64,000 nt of DNA from assembly GCA_030429865.1 (NCBI GenBank), contig JAUIFX010000001.1, forward strand, positions 2,190 to 66,189, written 5' to 3'. This DNA comes from Gammaproteobacteria bacterium (GTDB lineage: Bacteria > Pseudomonadota > Gammaproteobacteria > Ga0077536). The notes beneath the pieces were generated by a model. It saw only the letters and a program-made list of their open reading frames with translations, had not been told where the DNA came from and did no database searches. The position numbers and the translations under genes were made by a program. Every line of letters begins with the position of its first letter. The first letter of the stretch is position 1. Below are positions 55,081-64,000 of the stretch, piece by piece.

Positions 55081-56109
55081 ATGAGCGACCGTAACGCGCT
55101 GCGCGCGTTCCCCCACCATCGCCTTATGCTGCCTGCCCTGTCCCTCTACATGCTCCGCCTGAGCGCAGCGCGCGATGGCCATGCGCTCGCGCGCGCTTAC
55201 CTGGACGCGGCCCGCGAGCTGCTCGGCGGCGCCGAGACCACGCTGCTCGAAGTCCACATGCCGCTGGACGCCGTCAGCGGCACGCGCACGCTGCGCCCGG
55301 GAGAGACCATCGTGCGGCGCTTCGACGCCCGCGCCGGTGCCGCGGGCGGGCGCCGCCCCGTGGACCTGCGCGGCGTCCACGCGAGCATCGCGCAGCGCCG
55401 CGCGCTCGAACTGCCTGCCGCGGACGCGCATCCGGCGCGCCTGCTGCTGCCCATCGCGGGCGAGGGTAATCCGCGCCGCGTGCTCACCATCGACGAGCCG
55501 GCGGATTCGCCGGAGGCGCGCGTCGCGCTGTTGCAGCTGAGCGAGATATTCGCCAACCAGAGCGCACTCATCGACCAGCGCGAGCGCGACGCGCTGACGG
55601 GCCTGCTCAATCGCCAGGCCCTCGCGCAGCGCTACATGCAGATGCTCGGCACCCAGGCCGCCGGCCCGGACCGCGCGACGCAGCAACTGTGGCTGGCGGT
55701 CCTCGATCTCGACCACTTCAAGCGTGTCAACGACCGCTACGGGCACCTGATCGGCGACGAAGTGCTGCTGCACCTGGCGCGCCTGATGGAAAGCACGTTC
55801 CGCTACTCCGATGCCCTGTTCCGCTTCGGCGGCGAGGAGTTCGTCATCCTCATGCATGGCGACGCGGGGGCCGCGGCACGGGTATTCGAGCGTTTCCGGC
55901 AAACCGTCGCTGCGCATGCCTTTCCGCGCGCCGGCAACGTGACGGTGAGCATCGGCTACACGGGCGTCGCGGCCGATATGCCGCCGCCGGTGGCCCTGGA
56001 CATTGCCGATCGGGCGCTCTACGCGGCCAAGGCCGCTGGACGCGACCGCGTCGTGCGCGGCCGCAGTACCGGCGGGCCCCGGCGTGTCGGCGAAGTGGAG
56101 ATGTTCTGA
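55081..56109 (+). CDS. GGDEF-domain diguanylate cyclase with N-terminal sensory domain
   Basis: GGDEF variant GGEEF (RFGGEEFVILM), upstream DHFKRVND; divergent from gcvT. Confidence 0.8.
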   Translation: MSDRNALRAFPHHRLMLPALSLYMLRLSAARDGHALARAYLDAARELLGGAETTLLEVHMPLDAVSGTRTLRPGETIVRRFDARAGAAGGRRPVDLRGVHASIAQRRALELPAADAHPARLLLPIAGEGNPRRVLTIDEPADSPEARVALLQLSEIFANQSALIDQRERDALTGLLNRQALAQRYMQMLGTQAAGPDRATQQLWLAVLDLDHFKRVNDRYGHLIGDEVLLHLARLMESTFRYSDALFRFGGEEFVILMHGDAGAAARVFERFRQTVAAHAFPRAGNVTVSIGYTGVAADMPPPVALDIADRALYAAKAAGRDRVVRGRSTGGPRRVGEVEMF

Positions 56110-56168
56110 CGCGCCGCGGATTTCAAGAATCCCTATAATCGGGGACAGTCCACCAGGGGAGGAGACGG

Positions 56169-57989
56169 GTGCGATACCTGGCCGCATGGGGCGTCGCGCT
56201 GCTGCTGAGCGCAGCGGCTCACGCCGGAAAAGACGAGGCGCATGCCGCGCTCGCGCCGATCGCGGACGCGGACTGGAGCCGTGCGCACGCCGCGCACCTG
56301 CTCGAGCGCGCCGGCTTCGGCGGTACACCGCGCGAGGTCGACCGTCTCGCCGCGCTGGGCCCGCGCGCGGCGGTGCGGCACCTCGTGCATTTCGCGGGCA
56401 CGGCGGCCGACACCCTGCCGCCGTTCGAGCATTCGGGCATCTTCGACGAAGGCCTCGACCCCTTCCCGCCCAGCCGGCCGGCCACCACCAAGCTCGCCAC
56501 CGAGACCGGCGAGGCGCTCGGCATCAAGGTCCGCAGCGGCGGCAACCGTCCGCTGCAGCCCATCGTCAACAAGTTCTTCTACTGGCTGCGCGCCAGCCGC
56601 CTCGAGACCGACCGGGTCGCCCAGTGGTGGGCCGAACGCATGCTGCGTTCGCCACGGCCGCTCGAGGAGAAGATGGCGCTGTTCTGGCACGGACATTTCG
56701 CGACCAGCGAGGACAAGGTGCGCGACTATCGCAAGATGCTGCAACAGCTCGAACTGTTCCAGCGCGCCGGTCTCGGCAACTTCCGCACCCTGCTCGTGGC
56801 CGTGGCGCAGGACCCCGCAATGCTCGCCTATCTCGATGCCGGCGTGAACGTGAAGGGTTCGCCGAACGAGAACTTCGCGCGCGAGATCATGGAGCTGTTC
56901 ACGATGGGCGTGGGCAACTACAGCGAGCACGACATCCGCGAAGCGGCGCGCGCGTTCACGGGCTGGAACTTCGTCGGCACCGAGTTCCACGTCGATCCGG
57001 CCAGGCACGACGACGGACCGAAGACCTTCCTCGGCGAGACCGGCAACTTCGACGGTGTCGAGATCATCGACCGCATCCTCGCCCACCCTGCGACGCCCGC
57101 ATTCATCGCCGCCAAGCTGTATCGTTTCTTCGTCCGCGAAGATCTCGATCCAGCGCTCGAAGAAGCCCTCGCCGACAGACTCGTCGCGCTCGATTACGAG
57201 CTCGCGCCGTTCCTCGAGACACTGTTCCTCTCGCGCGACTTCTATGCCGACGCCTCACGCGGCACGCGCATCAAGAGCCCGGTCGAATTCGTCATCTCGA
57301 CCTACCGCAAGCTCGGTCTCACCGACCTGCCGGGCGCGCCCGACTTCAACCTCGTCACCGGCGCGCTCGGTCAGCGCCTGATGCATCCGCCGACGGTCGC
57401 CGGCTGGAGCTACGGGCGCAGCTGGATTACGCCCAGCCTGCTCATCGAGCGCGGCAATTTCGCCCTCGACCTGGCGTTCCCGGACATCGAGTTCATCCCC
57501 GAAGATCGCTACCCGGTCTACCCCACGGGGGAGGAGATCCGCGCCGTGCACCGGCGTCTCCGTGCCGGCGCCGACATGACCACGGCGACGCGCCCGGTCG
57601 AAGCCGGCATGAGCGAGGACGGTGACATGATGACGGCGATGTCCAACCAGGTCGATCGCGAGGAAGCCTTCAATACGCGCTACGGCAGCTATCGCGGCTG
57701 GCAGATGGCGATCGAACGGGTCAAGCCGATCGAGCGCGATCTCGCACCGCTCGACCTCACGCACATGGTACTCGCCGCCGAACTCGCCACGCCGCTCGCC
57801 GTCGTCGACCATTTTGCCCACCGTTTTCTTTCCGTGCCGCTCACCGAAGACACGCGCCGGCTGCTCGCCGACGCCTTCGAGCGCGAACTCGGCAGCGCCG
57901 ACGTGCTGGCCAACGCCACCTCGCTCGAAGAACCACTGCGCGTGCTGCTGCACCTCGTGCTGAGCCGGCCCGAGTACCAGCTGGGGTGA
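56169..57989 (+). CDS. DUF1800 family protein (secreted)
   Basis: Signal peptide; conserved DUF1800 features (FWHGHFATS, ELFTMGVGNYSE...). Followed 4 nt later by its usual DUF1501 partner. Confidence 0.7.
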   Translation: MRYLAAWGVALLLSAAAHAGKDEAHAALAPIADADWSRAHAAHLLERAGFGGTPREVDRLAALGPRAAVRHLVHFAGTAADTLPPFEHSGIFDEGLDPFPPSRPATTKLATETGEALGIKVRSGGNRPLQPIVNKFFYWLRASRLETDRVAQWWAERMLRSPRPLEEKMALFWHGHFATSEDKVRDYRKMLQQLELFQRAGLGNFRTLLVAVAQDPAMLAYLDAGVNVKGSPNENFAREIMELFTMGVGNYSEHDIREAARAFTGWNFVGTEFHVDPARHDDGPKTFLGETGNFDGVEIIDRILAHPATPAFIAAKLYRFFVREDLDPALEEALADRLVALDYELAPFLETLFLSRDFYADASRGTRIKSPVEFVISTYRKLGLTDLPGAPDFNLVTGALGQRLMHPPTVAGWSYGRSWITPSLLIERGNFALDLAFPDIEFIPEDRYPVYPTGEEIRAVHRRLRAGADMTTATRPVEAGMSEDGDMMTAMSNQVDREEAFNTRYGSYRGWQMAIERVKPIERDLAPLDLTHMVLAAELATPLAVVDHFAHRFLSVPLTEDTRRLLADAFERELGSADVLANATSLEEPLRVLLHLVLSRPEYQLG

Positions 57990-57993
57990 TGCC

Positions 57994-59178
57994 ATGACCA
58001 CGCGACGCCAATTCATCCAGGGCAGTGCCGCGGTCGGCGCCGCCGCGCTGACGTCCGCGTTCGCACCGCGGCTGCGCGCGGCGGGCGACGAGCGCATCCT
58101 GGTCGTGTTCGAACTCTCGGGCGGTAACGACGGGCTCAACACCATCGTGCCCTACGCGGACGATACCTATTACCGGCTGCGGCCGAAGATCGGCCTGCGG
58201 CGCGACGAACTGCTCGTGCTCGACGAGCACTACGGCATGAACCCGGGCCTGGCCGGCATGCACCGGCTATGGCAGAACGGTAATCTCGCCATCGTGCACG
58301 GCTGCGGTTACGCGCACCCCTCCTACTCGCACTTCACGTCGATGGCCTACTGGCACACCGCGTCACCCAACTCGGGCGATGCCTACGGCTGGGTGGGCCG
58401 CCTCGCCGACGCGCTGGAACCCGAGCCGCGGACGAATTTCCTGATCAACATCGATAGCGCGCAGTCGCTCGCCGTGAACAGCCGCGTGCACACGCCGGTC
58501 GTATTCGACGAGCCCGAGCGATTCCAGCGCCTGGCGCTCGCCCGCGAGCGGGAGGTGTTGGAGCGTGTCGCACCGGGCGGCTCGGGCAACCCGGCGCGCG
58601 ACTATCTCAACATGGTGGCCGCCAGCGCGAACGAAGCCTCGACCCGGGTGCGCGAAGCCTGGCGCAACTACGAATCGCCGGTCGATTACGGCCTGCTGCC
58701 GGCGCAGCTCGACAAGGTCGCCGCCTGCATCAGCGCCGGCCTGCCGGCGCGGCTCTACTACCTCGCCTTCCGCAACAACGCGTTCGATACCCACGTGCAG
58801 CAGCGCGACCTGCACCAGCGCCTGCTGACGTATGCGTCCGATGCCGTGGCCGGCTTTCTCGCCGACCTCGAGCGCCTCGGCGCGGCTGACCGCGTGGTCG
58901 TGCTGATGTTCTCCGAGTTCGGCCGCCGTGCCGGCGAGAACACCAACCTGGGCACCGATCACGGCACGGCCAACGTGATGTTTCTTGCCGGCAAGCCCGT
59001 ACGCGGCGGCCATTACGGCGCGCCGCCCGACCTCACCGAGCTCGACGACACGGACAACCTGCGCCACACGACCGACTTCCGCCGCGTCTACGCCAGCGCA
59101 ATCGACGGCTGGATGCGGCCGGGCGCGAGCGAGGCCGTGCTCAAGGGGCGCTTCGAGCCCTTCCCGGTGTTCGGCTGA
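57994..59178 (+). CDS. DUF1501 family protein with twin-arginine (Tat) signal
   Basis: Tat motif TRRQFIQGSAAVGAAALT; sulfatase/phosphatase-like fold features (SGGNDGLNT, GTDHGTANVMFLAG). Confidence 0.75.
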   Translation: MTTRRQFIQGSAAVGAAALTSAFAPRLRAAGDERILVVFELSGGNDGLNTIVPYADDTYYRLRPKIGLRRDELLVLDEHYGMNPGLAGMHRLWQNGNLAIVHGCGYAHPSYSHFTSMAYWHTASPNSGDAYGWVGRLADALEPEPRTNFLINIDSAQSLAVNSRVHTPVVFDEPERFQRLALAREREVLERVAPGGSGNPARDYLNMVAASANEASTRVREAWRNYESPVDYGLLPAQLDKVAACISAGLPARLYYLAFRNNAFDTHVQQRDLHQRLLTYASDAVAGFLADLERLGAADRVVVLMFSEFGRRAGENTNLGTDHGTANVMFLAGKPVRGGHYGAPPDLTELDDTDNLRHTTDFRRVYASAIDGWMRPGASEAVLKGRFEPFPVFG

Positions 59179-59253
59179 CGCCGGCAATGCGCGGGCGGTA
59201 ACGGTCCGTGTCAGGCAGCACGGGCCACCACCCGGGGCACGCCGCGGTGACGC

Positions 59254-60642
59254 TCAGAAGTAGAACGTGATGTCGGCATAGCCGTAGGCAGTGTCACCCT
59301 CACCGGTCGCGTTAGGCGCGGTGTCGAGGAAGCTGCCGTTGAGGAACAGCGCGCCGCCGGCTTCCAGGCGCACGCTCTGCGGCAGCAACCAGTAGCGTCC
59401 GCGCAACTCGATCTGGTGACCGGCGAAACTGCTGCTCGCACCGCTCGCATCGCGCACACCGCTCAGTCCCAGGCTGTCGCGGTCGGAGTCCAGCCACACG
59501 GCGCGCCAGGTCATCATGGCATCGGCGCGCGAGGTCGGCGCGACCTCGATGCGCAGCCCCGGCGAATTCAGGTTCGAACGGATGAGGTGGGTAAAGATCG
59601 AGGTTGGCCCGAGATCACCGCGCACCGGGCCGTAGAGACCGTCGAAGCGGCCGAAATCGCCGTCGTTCGGATCGTCGTCGCCCGAGGCGTAATCATATTG
59701 CAGCGACAGGCGCGGCGACCACGGCAGCGCGAACAGGCGGCCGAGCTCCGCGTGCGCGTAGCCGGCGAAGACATCGAGATCGCGGCGATCCAATGGCGAG
59801 GCGGTCGCACGCGCCTCGCCCGTCTGTACGCCACCCTCGAGGTCGAAATCGAGCTGCCCGCTGGCGCGCGGGCGGAACAGGCGCGCCCCGAACGTGACGA
59901 TCCGGCGGTTCTGCGTCTGGTGCTGCCAGTCGCCGTCGCGCTCGTGCAGGCCGAGCACGAAGCCCTCGATGGCGGTATCGCGCGCCGCCGGGTAGCGGTA
60001 GTGCACGCCCCATAGCTGCGTGTCGAAACTTTCGCGGTCGAACGCGACCTCGTTGTCCAGCACGCTGGCGCGGTCGAGCGGCAGGCGGCTGTGCGGCAAC
60101 AGGTACATGAGGGTCAGGAGCTCGTCGTGCCGCCCGCCGAGTTCCAGCTTGGCGCCGGTGAAGGCGTTCGGCATGTTGCGAAACAGGTTGCGCCCGATGA
60201 GCCGGCCCGCGCCGAGGTCGAACATCATGCGGCCGAGCATGAGATCGACGTTCTCGACCGGGCCGTCGAGGCCCTCGAAGTGCGCGCCCAGGTAGGCCTG
60301 CGCGAGTTCGGCCGTGTCGACCAGGTTGCTGTCCGCCGCGCCTCCGCGGTCGGTCAGGTAGGCGCGCGCGTCGAGCAATTCGCCGACCACGCGCCAGCGC
60401 TCGCCGTGCGCGGCGAGGCGCACGCTGGTGTACAGGCTGAGTGCCTGGTCGCCCCCCTCGCGCCCGGCGCGGAACTGGTCGTCGAGCGTTTCGTAGCGCG
60501 TGCGGTGCACGAGATCGAGACGCAGCCAGGCGGGCAGGCCGAGCGCGGACTGCAGCTGCCGCGGCGCGGCCGCCGCGGAGGCACCGCAAAGGCAGGCGCC
60601 GAGCAGCGCGATCGAAGGCAACAGTAACTTGAATCGGGTCAT
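59254..60642 (-). CDS. Alginate-export (AlgE-like) family outer-membrane beta-barrel protein
   Basis: Signal peptide, alternating beta-strand pattern, C-terminal ...YADITFYF ending in Phe. Confidence 0.55.
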   Translation of the reverse strand: MTRFKLLLPSIALLGACLCGASAAAAPRQLQSALGLPAWLRLDLVHRTRYETLDDQFRAGREGGDQALSLYTSVRLAAHGERWRVVGELLDARAYLTDRGGAADSNLVDTAELAQAYLGAHFEGLDGPVENVDLMLGRMMFDLGAGRLIGRNLFRNMPNAFTGAKLELGGRHDELLTLMYLLPHSRLPLDRASVLDNEVAFDRESFDTQLWGVHYRYPAARDTAIEGFVLGLHERDGDWQHQTQNRRIVTFGARLFRPRASGQLDFDLEGGVQTGEARATASPLDRRDLDVFAGYAHAELGRLFALPWSPRLSLQYDYASGDDDPNDGDFGRFDGLYGPVRGDLGPTSIFTHLIRSNLNSPGLRIEVAPTSRADAMMTWRAVWLDSDRDSLGLSGVRDASGASSSFAGHQIELRGRYWLLPQSVRLEAGGALFLNGSFLDTAPNATGEGDTAYGYADITFYF

Positions 60643-60723
60643 GAAGATGGGTGTCCTCGTGGTATCGGGTGGCGTCGTCCGCGCGCGGCCGCCTGCCGCG
60701 TGCGGCGCCCGCGGGGTACAGGA

Positions 60724-61986
60724 TCAACCAGGCAGCAGCCCGAAGGCAAAAGCGAAGGCGGAAACCATGAGACCGAAGGTGACTGCGAGTTCGCGCGGCC
60801 GCAGGTCGCTCGGTTGCGCACGCCCTGCGGCGCCCTGGAAGAGATAGAGATACATTTTCATCATGGTCATCGCGTTCAGCGCACCGCTGACCACGACCAG
60901 CGTGGTCGGCACCGCGGCGCCGGCGAAAGCGCCGCGCAGCACGAGATCGGAGGCGACGTAGCCGAGGGTGAGCGGCAGACCCGCGCTGACCAGGCCGAGC
61001 ACGAGAAAGGCGTTGGCGAGGCGCGGCCAGGACGCGTAACAACCGTGCGGGCGCACGAGGCTCAGCGCCGCACCCAGGCGCGCTTCGAGCGCACCGAGCA
61101 ACAGCACGAAGCCCGTGCTCGCGGTCACCACCGTGAGCAGGACGAACGTCCCTCCGACGACCGCCGCCTCGCCAGTGCTGAACTCCGCGAAGCCGGCAAC
61201 CGCGAGCTGGCTTGCCACGATGCAGGCGCAAGCACGACGCGCGTCGCGCTGGGCGAGCGCGAGCAAGGCATTGCCGAGCGCGGCGAACGCGAGCAGCCAG
61301 GAGAGCGGCTTCCGGGCCGGTTCCGGCACCACCGCGACTGCCGATTCGAGAACCGAGGCCTGCAGGATGACGATGCCCGCGAAGAGATTCAGCGGCAGCA
61401 CCTGTGCGAGGCGCAGGTACCAGGCGTGCAGCGGGGGCGCGGCGAGCAGTGCGAGCAACCAGCCCCCTGCGGCCAGCCCGCTCGCCGTGCCGAACCCCAG
61501 CGCCGCACCCGCGAGCACGCCGAGCAGGCCGGGCAGGATCAGCAGCAGCACCGCTGCTTCGCGCCCACCCGGTGCGGCCGCGAGGCTCGCCGTCGCGGCC
61601 GCGAAACCGACCAGCGGCAACACGCACACCAGCCACGGCGCGGCGGCGAACGGCACCGCGGCGGCGGTCGCAACCAGCACGCAAAGTACGGCGAGGTCGT
61701 AGCGCGACATACGCAGCGCGGGCGACAGCGCCAGCGCAACCACGCCGCTGCCGAGCGCCGCGAACGCGATCACGCGCGCGGAGAGCCATGGCAGTTCCGG
61801 TGGCAGGGCGAGCATCGATCGCTCGGGCAGGTGCAACAGCAGCCCCACGCCCACCGCGAGCGTCGCGGCGGCGAGCGCAGCGGTCGCGGCACGGCGTGCC
61901 ATGACGCGGTCGGGAGCGAGCACCGAGAGCAAGGCGCCAACCATGGCGCAGGTAATGCCGACCGTCAGCATGAGATCAGGATACAT
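60724..61986 (-). CDS. Polytopic membrane protein (possibly proton-conducting transporter subunit, NuoN/MrpD-like)
   Basis: 420 aa, >10 hydrophobic helices. ATG at 61986 with AGGAGAAGG SD, overlapping the upstream NuoL-like gene by 11 nt. Confidence 0.45.
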   Translation of the reverse strand: MYPDLMLTVGITCAMVGALLSVLAPDRVMARRAATAALAAATLAVGVGLLLHLPERSMLALPPELPWLSARVIAFAALGSGVVALALSPALRMSRYDLAVLCVLVATAAAVPFAAAPWLVCVLPLVGFAAATASLAAAPGGREAAVLLLILPGLLGVLAGAALGFGTASGLAAGGWLLALLAAPPLHAWYLRLAQVLPLNLFAGIVILQASVLESAVAVVPEPARKPLSWLLAFAALGNALLALAQRDARRACACIVASQLAVAGFAEFSTGEAAVVGGTFVLLTVVTASTGFVLLLGALEARLGAALSLVRPHGCYASWPRLANAFLVLGLVSAGLPLTLGYVASDLVLRGAFAGAAVPTTLVVVSGALNAMTMMKMYLYLFQGAAGRAQPSDLRPRELAVTFGLMVSAFAFAFGLLPG

Positions 61987-63373
61987 GGGCCTTCTCCTCG
62001 TTACGCCCGGCCCGGCGACCGCGCGGCAGCGCGGCGAGCACGGCGCGCGCCAGGCGGCCGGACCAGCGCTGCTCGGCAGCATCCAGGCCGCGCAGGGCAT
62101 CGAGCAGCACGCCGATCACGCGGTCTGTGAGCAGGGCATCCAGGCCGCCGCGTTCGAGCGCATGGCGGTAGACACGCGGCAGGGTCAGCCAGCGGTTGCT
62201 GCCGCTATCCAGGTCGATCGCGTGCGAAACGTGGTGCCCGAGCATCTGCTCGAGATGGTGACGATCGTGCAGCAGGCTCGGCGCGCGCAGGATCTGGAGC
62301 GTACGGTAGCCGGCATGGCCGATGATGTGCAGCAGCGCGACCAGGTGCAGGCCCAGGCCGATCTCGGCCATGATCAGACCGACCTGGGTCACCGAACCGT
62401 AGGCCAGCATGCTCTTGATGTCGGTCTGCACGCGCCCGACCAACGCGCCGTGCAGCGCGGTCGCCAAGCCGACCCCGATCAATGCGCCGCCAATCAGGGG
62501 TGACGCGTGGACCTGCTCGTGGCAACGCAGCAGCAGGAAGGGCCCGAGGTGTACGGACAACGCGCCGTAGAAAATCGCGCTGGACGGAGTCGGCCCTTCC
62601 ATTGCCCGCGGCAGCCAGCCCGAGAACGGCACCTGCGCCGACTTGCCCATCGCCGCGAACATCAGCGAGAAGCCAATGAGCAGGGACAGGGCGCCGGCGG
62701 CGCGTTGCGGCATGCCGAGCCAGGCGGCATTGCCGGGGCGAACGAAATCCGCGTCGCCGAAGTTCACGTGCAGGCAGACGATCGCGATGACGAGACCCAC
62801 GTCGCAGGCGCGGTAGGTCACGAACGCGCGCAGCGCATTGCGTACCGGTCCCGGGCGCTGGTTGAAGAACGCGATGAGCAGCGTCGAACTGATACCGACC
62901 AGTTCCCAGCCGATCAGCAGCATGTCCAGGCTGCCGGCGAGCGAGACCAGGGCGAGACCGGCGGCGAACAGCATGAGCAGCGCGTAGAAGCGATGGAAAC
63001 CCTGCTCGCGGTGCAGGTAGCGCCGCGAGAACGCGGCGACCAGCGCGACCATCAGCAGGCTGAAGCCGCCATAGGCGAGACCCAGCGCGTCGAGGCCGAA
63101 ACGCACTTCGAAGGCGTCATGGCCGACCGCGAACCAGCGCCCCGCACCGACGACGCTGGGTGCGCCGAGACCGGCCAGCAACACCGCTGCGAGGAGGCCC
63201 ATGAAAAGGCTCGCCCCGAGTACCCCGGTGGCAACGACGCCGTAGGTGTAGGCCTCACTGGTCGCGCGGCCGAACAGGCGCGGCAACAGCACGGCGGCGA
63301 AGGCCAGCACCGGCAACGCCGGCACCAGCAGCACGACATGCGCGCTCGTCGCGCGCAGTAGTTCAGGCAGCAT
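61976..63373 (-). CDS. NuoL/MrpA-family (complex I subunit 5-like) proton-translocating membrane protein; DabB-like
   Basis: 465 aa; conserved NuoL-family segment LLIGWELVGISSTLLIAFFNQRPG; ATG 63373 with GGAGGTGG SD; 7 nt downstream of a large soluble upstream ORF. Confidence 0.65.
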   Translation of the reverse strand: MLPELLRATSAHVVLLVPALPVLAFAAVLLPRLFGRATSEAYTYGVVATGVLGASLFMGLLAAVLLAGLGAPSVVGAGRWFAVGHDAFEVRFGLDALGLAYGGFSLLMVALVAAFSRRYLHREQGFHRFYALLMLFAAGLALVSLAGSLDMLLIGWELVGISSTLLIAFFNQRPGPVRNALRAFVTYRACDVGLVIAIVCLHVNFGDADFVRPGNAAWLGMPQRAAGALSLLIGFSLMFAAMGKSAQVPFSGWLPRAMEGPTPSSAIFYGALSVHLGPFLLLRCHEQVHASPLIGGALIGVGLATALHGALVGRVQTDIKSMLAYGSVTQVGLIMAEIGLGLHLVALLHIIGHAGYRTLQILRAPSLLHDRHHLEQMLGHHVSHAIDLDSGSNRWLTLPRVYRHALERGGLDALLTDRVIGVLLDALRGLDAAEQRWSGRLARAVLAALPRGRRAGRNEEKAHVS

Positions 63374-64000
63374 GTTCCACCTCCGCACGGACGCGTGCGC
63401 AGGACAGGTGCCCACGCCGGCCGGTGTAATGATCCATCGACGATTCGACGAGCGGCAGATCGCGCGAATGCGGCACGTACGGTACGAAACGCCCTTCCTC
63501 GAAGACCTGTACCGCGCCGCTCTCAGGGTCGACCGCGGCAAGCTGGATCCAGCGGTTGAGCACCAGCGCCGCGACGCCGGGGCGGGTCGCGACGATGTGT
63601 TCGAGTACCGCGGTGGTCGCCTCGACCACGGTGAGCAGGCGCATCGGCTCGTGGATCTCGACCATCTGCCAGGGCAGTCCGGTGCGCAGGTCGGAAGCGT
63701 GACCGTCGACGACGCCGACAAGACCCGTGATGTTGTGCGGCAACTTGGTCCCGCAGCCGTAGCCGCGCGGGTCGACATAGCTGAAGTAGTACTCGAGACT
63801 GATGCCGGCTCCGACCGGGGCGGCAGCCGCGAGCAGCGCGCCGAGCTTGGCGCCGTCCGCGTCATCACGCGGATCGTAGGAGATGAGGAACGCGCGACGG
63901 TCGAGAAACAGGCCGCGCGTGCTGCGCCGCCGGCCGATTACGCACACCGCGTTGGTGGCGTGTCCATACTCGGGCCGCGGCTGGCCGAGGTCCGTCGCGT
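63363..64000 (-). CDS. C-terminal part of a large soluble protein running off the window edge (possible DabA/DUF2309)
   Basis: Frame stays open from 63947 to the window edge (no stop in 64000..63948). Soluble C-terminus ...YGCGTKLPHNITGLVGVVDGHASDLRTGLPWQMV.... Sits immediately upstream of a NuoL-like gene, the DabA-DabB arrangement. Family assignment rests on context only. Confidence 0.35.
   Translation of the reverse strand, partial: ATDLGQPRPEYGHATNAVCVIGRRRSTRGLFLDRRAFLISYDPRDDADGAKLGALLAAAAPVGAGISLEYYFSYVDPRGYGCGTKLPHNITGLVGVVDGHASDLRTGLPWQMVEIHEPMRLLTVVEATTAVLEHIVATRPGVAALVLNRWIQLAAVDPESGAVQVFEEGRFVPYVPHSRDLPLVESSMDHYTGRRGHLSCARVRAEVEHAA

Noticed and set aside
59693-61789. 698-aa minus-strand R-rich ORF overlapping the alginate-export and membrane-protein genes in another frame
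   Set aside because: Composition (RGRRA repeats) and lack of motifs; overlaps better-supported ORFs.
1-64000. Search for mobile elements, CRISPR arrays, tRNA/rRNA genes
   Set aside because: No transposase- or integrase-like ORFs, no direct-repeat/spacer arrays, and no cloverleaf-like or rRNA-like conserved stretches were seen. The region appears to be stable chromosomal DNA rather than a recently acquired island. The only compositional anomaly is the small AT-rich promoter island at ~20.27-20.35 kb.

Overview
High-GC (~70%) proteobacterial-type chromosomal DNA, densely coding on both strands; the organism cannot be named from sequence alone. No rRNA, tRNA, CRISPR array, transposase or integrase was recognised. 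The six-frame track is full of long Arg/Ala-rich shadow ORFs typical of GC-rich DNA. Real genes were picked by recognisable protein motifs, gene-to-gene translational coupling (ATGA/GTGA overlaps) and Shine-Dalgarno-like sequences. Main result: positions ~8.3-30 kb look like a ribosomally synthesised and post-translationally modified peptide (RiPP) biosynthetic gene cluster whose gene combination I do not recognise from any characterised family. It contains a textbook nitrile-hydratase-leader-peptide (NHLP) precursor (leader ends LSDEQLEAVAGG; core AAFIAGVAAGAAVISAAAAAGTIVQNTRAGRRW), an arginase-fold enzyme with an N-terminal extension (peptide-arginase candidate), and a translationally coupled operon of hypothetical protein, flavin-dependent halogenase fused to an FAD-linked oxidase, TfuA, YcaO and a putative Fe/2OG oxygenase. 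A second, divergently transcribed flavin halogenase follows, then the canonical NHLP export set (cNMP-binding protein, HlyD, C39-peptidase ABC transporter, second ABC transporter) and a TolC-like outer-membrane protein with a C-terminal LysM-like domain. The predicted product would be a thioamidated, halogenated and possibly ornithine-containing peptide. The rest of the window is ordinary metabolism: acyl-CoA synthetase, tungsten-type aldehyde:ferredoxin oxidoreductase coupled to a lipocalin, GMC oxidoreductase, methyltransferases, amidohydrolases, the gcvTHP glycine cleavage operon, PAS-GGDEF-EAL and GGDEF signalling proteins, DjlA, NnrS, a DUF1800/DUF1501 pair, an alginate-export-type outer-membrane protein, and a possible DabA/DabB-like module at the right edge. 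Also noted: an unusual three-domain GT8-methyltransferase-ELM1 fusion, twin 21-bp palindromic operator-like sites, a GC-clamp hairpin directly after the precursor gene, and a heptamer tandem repeat in a 5' leader.
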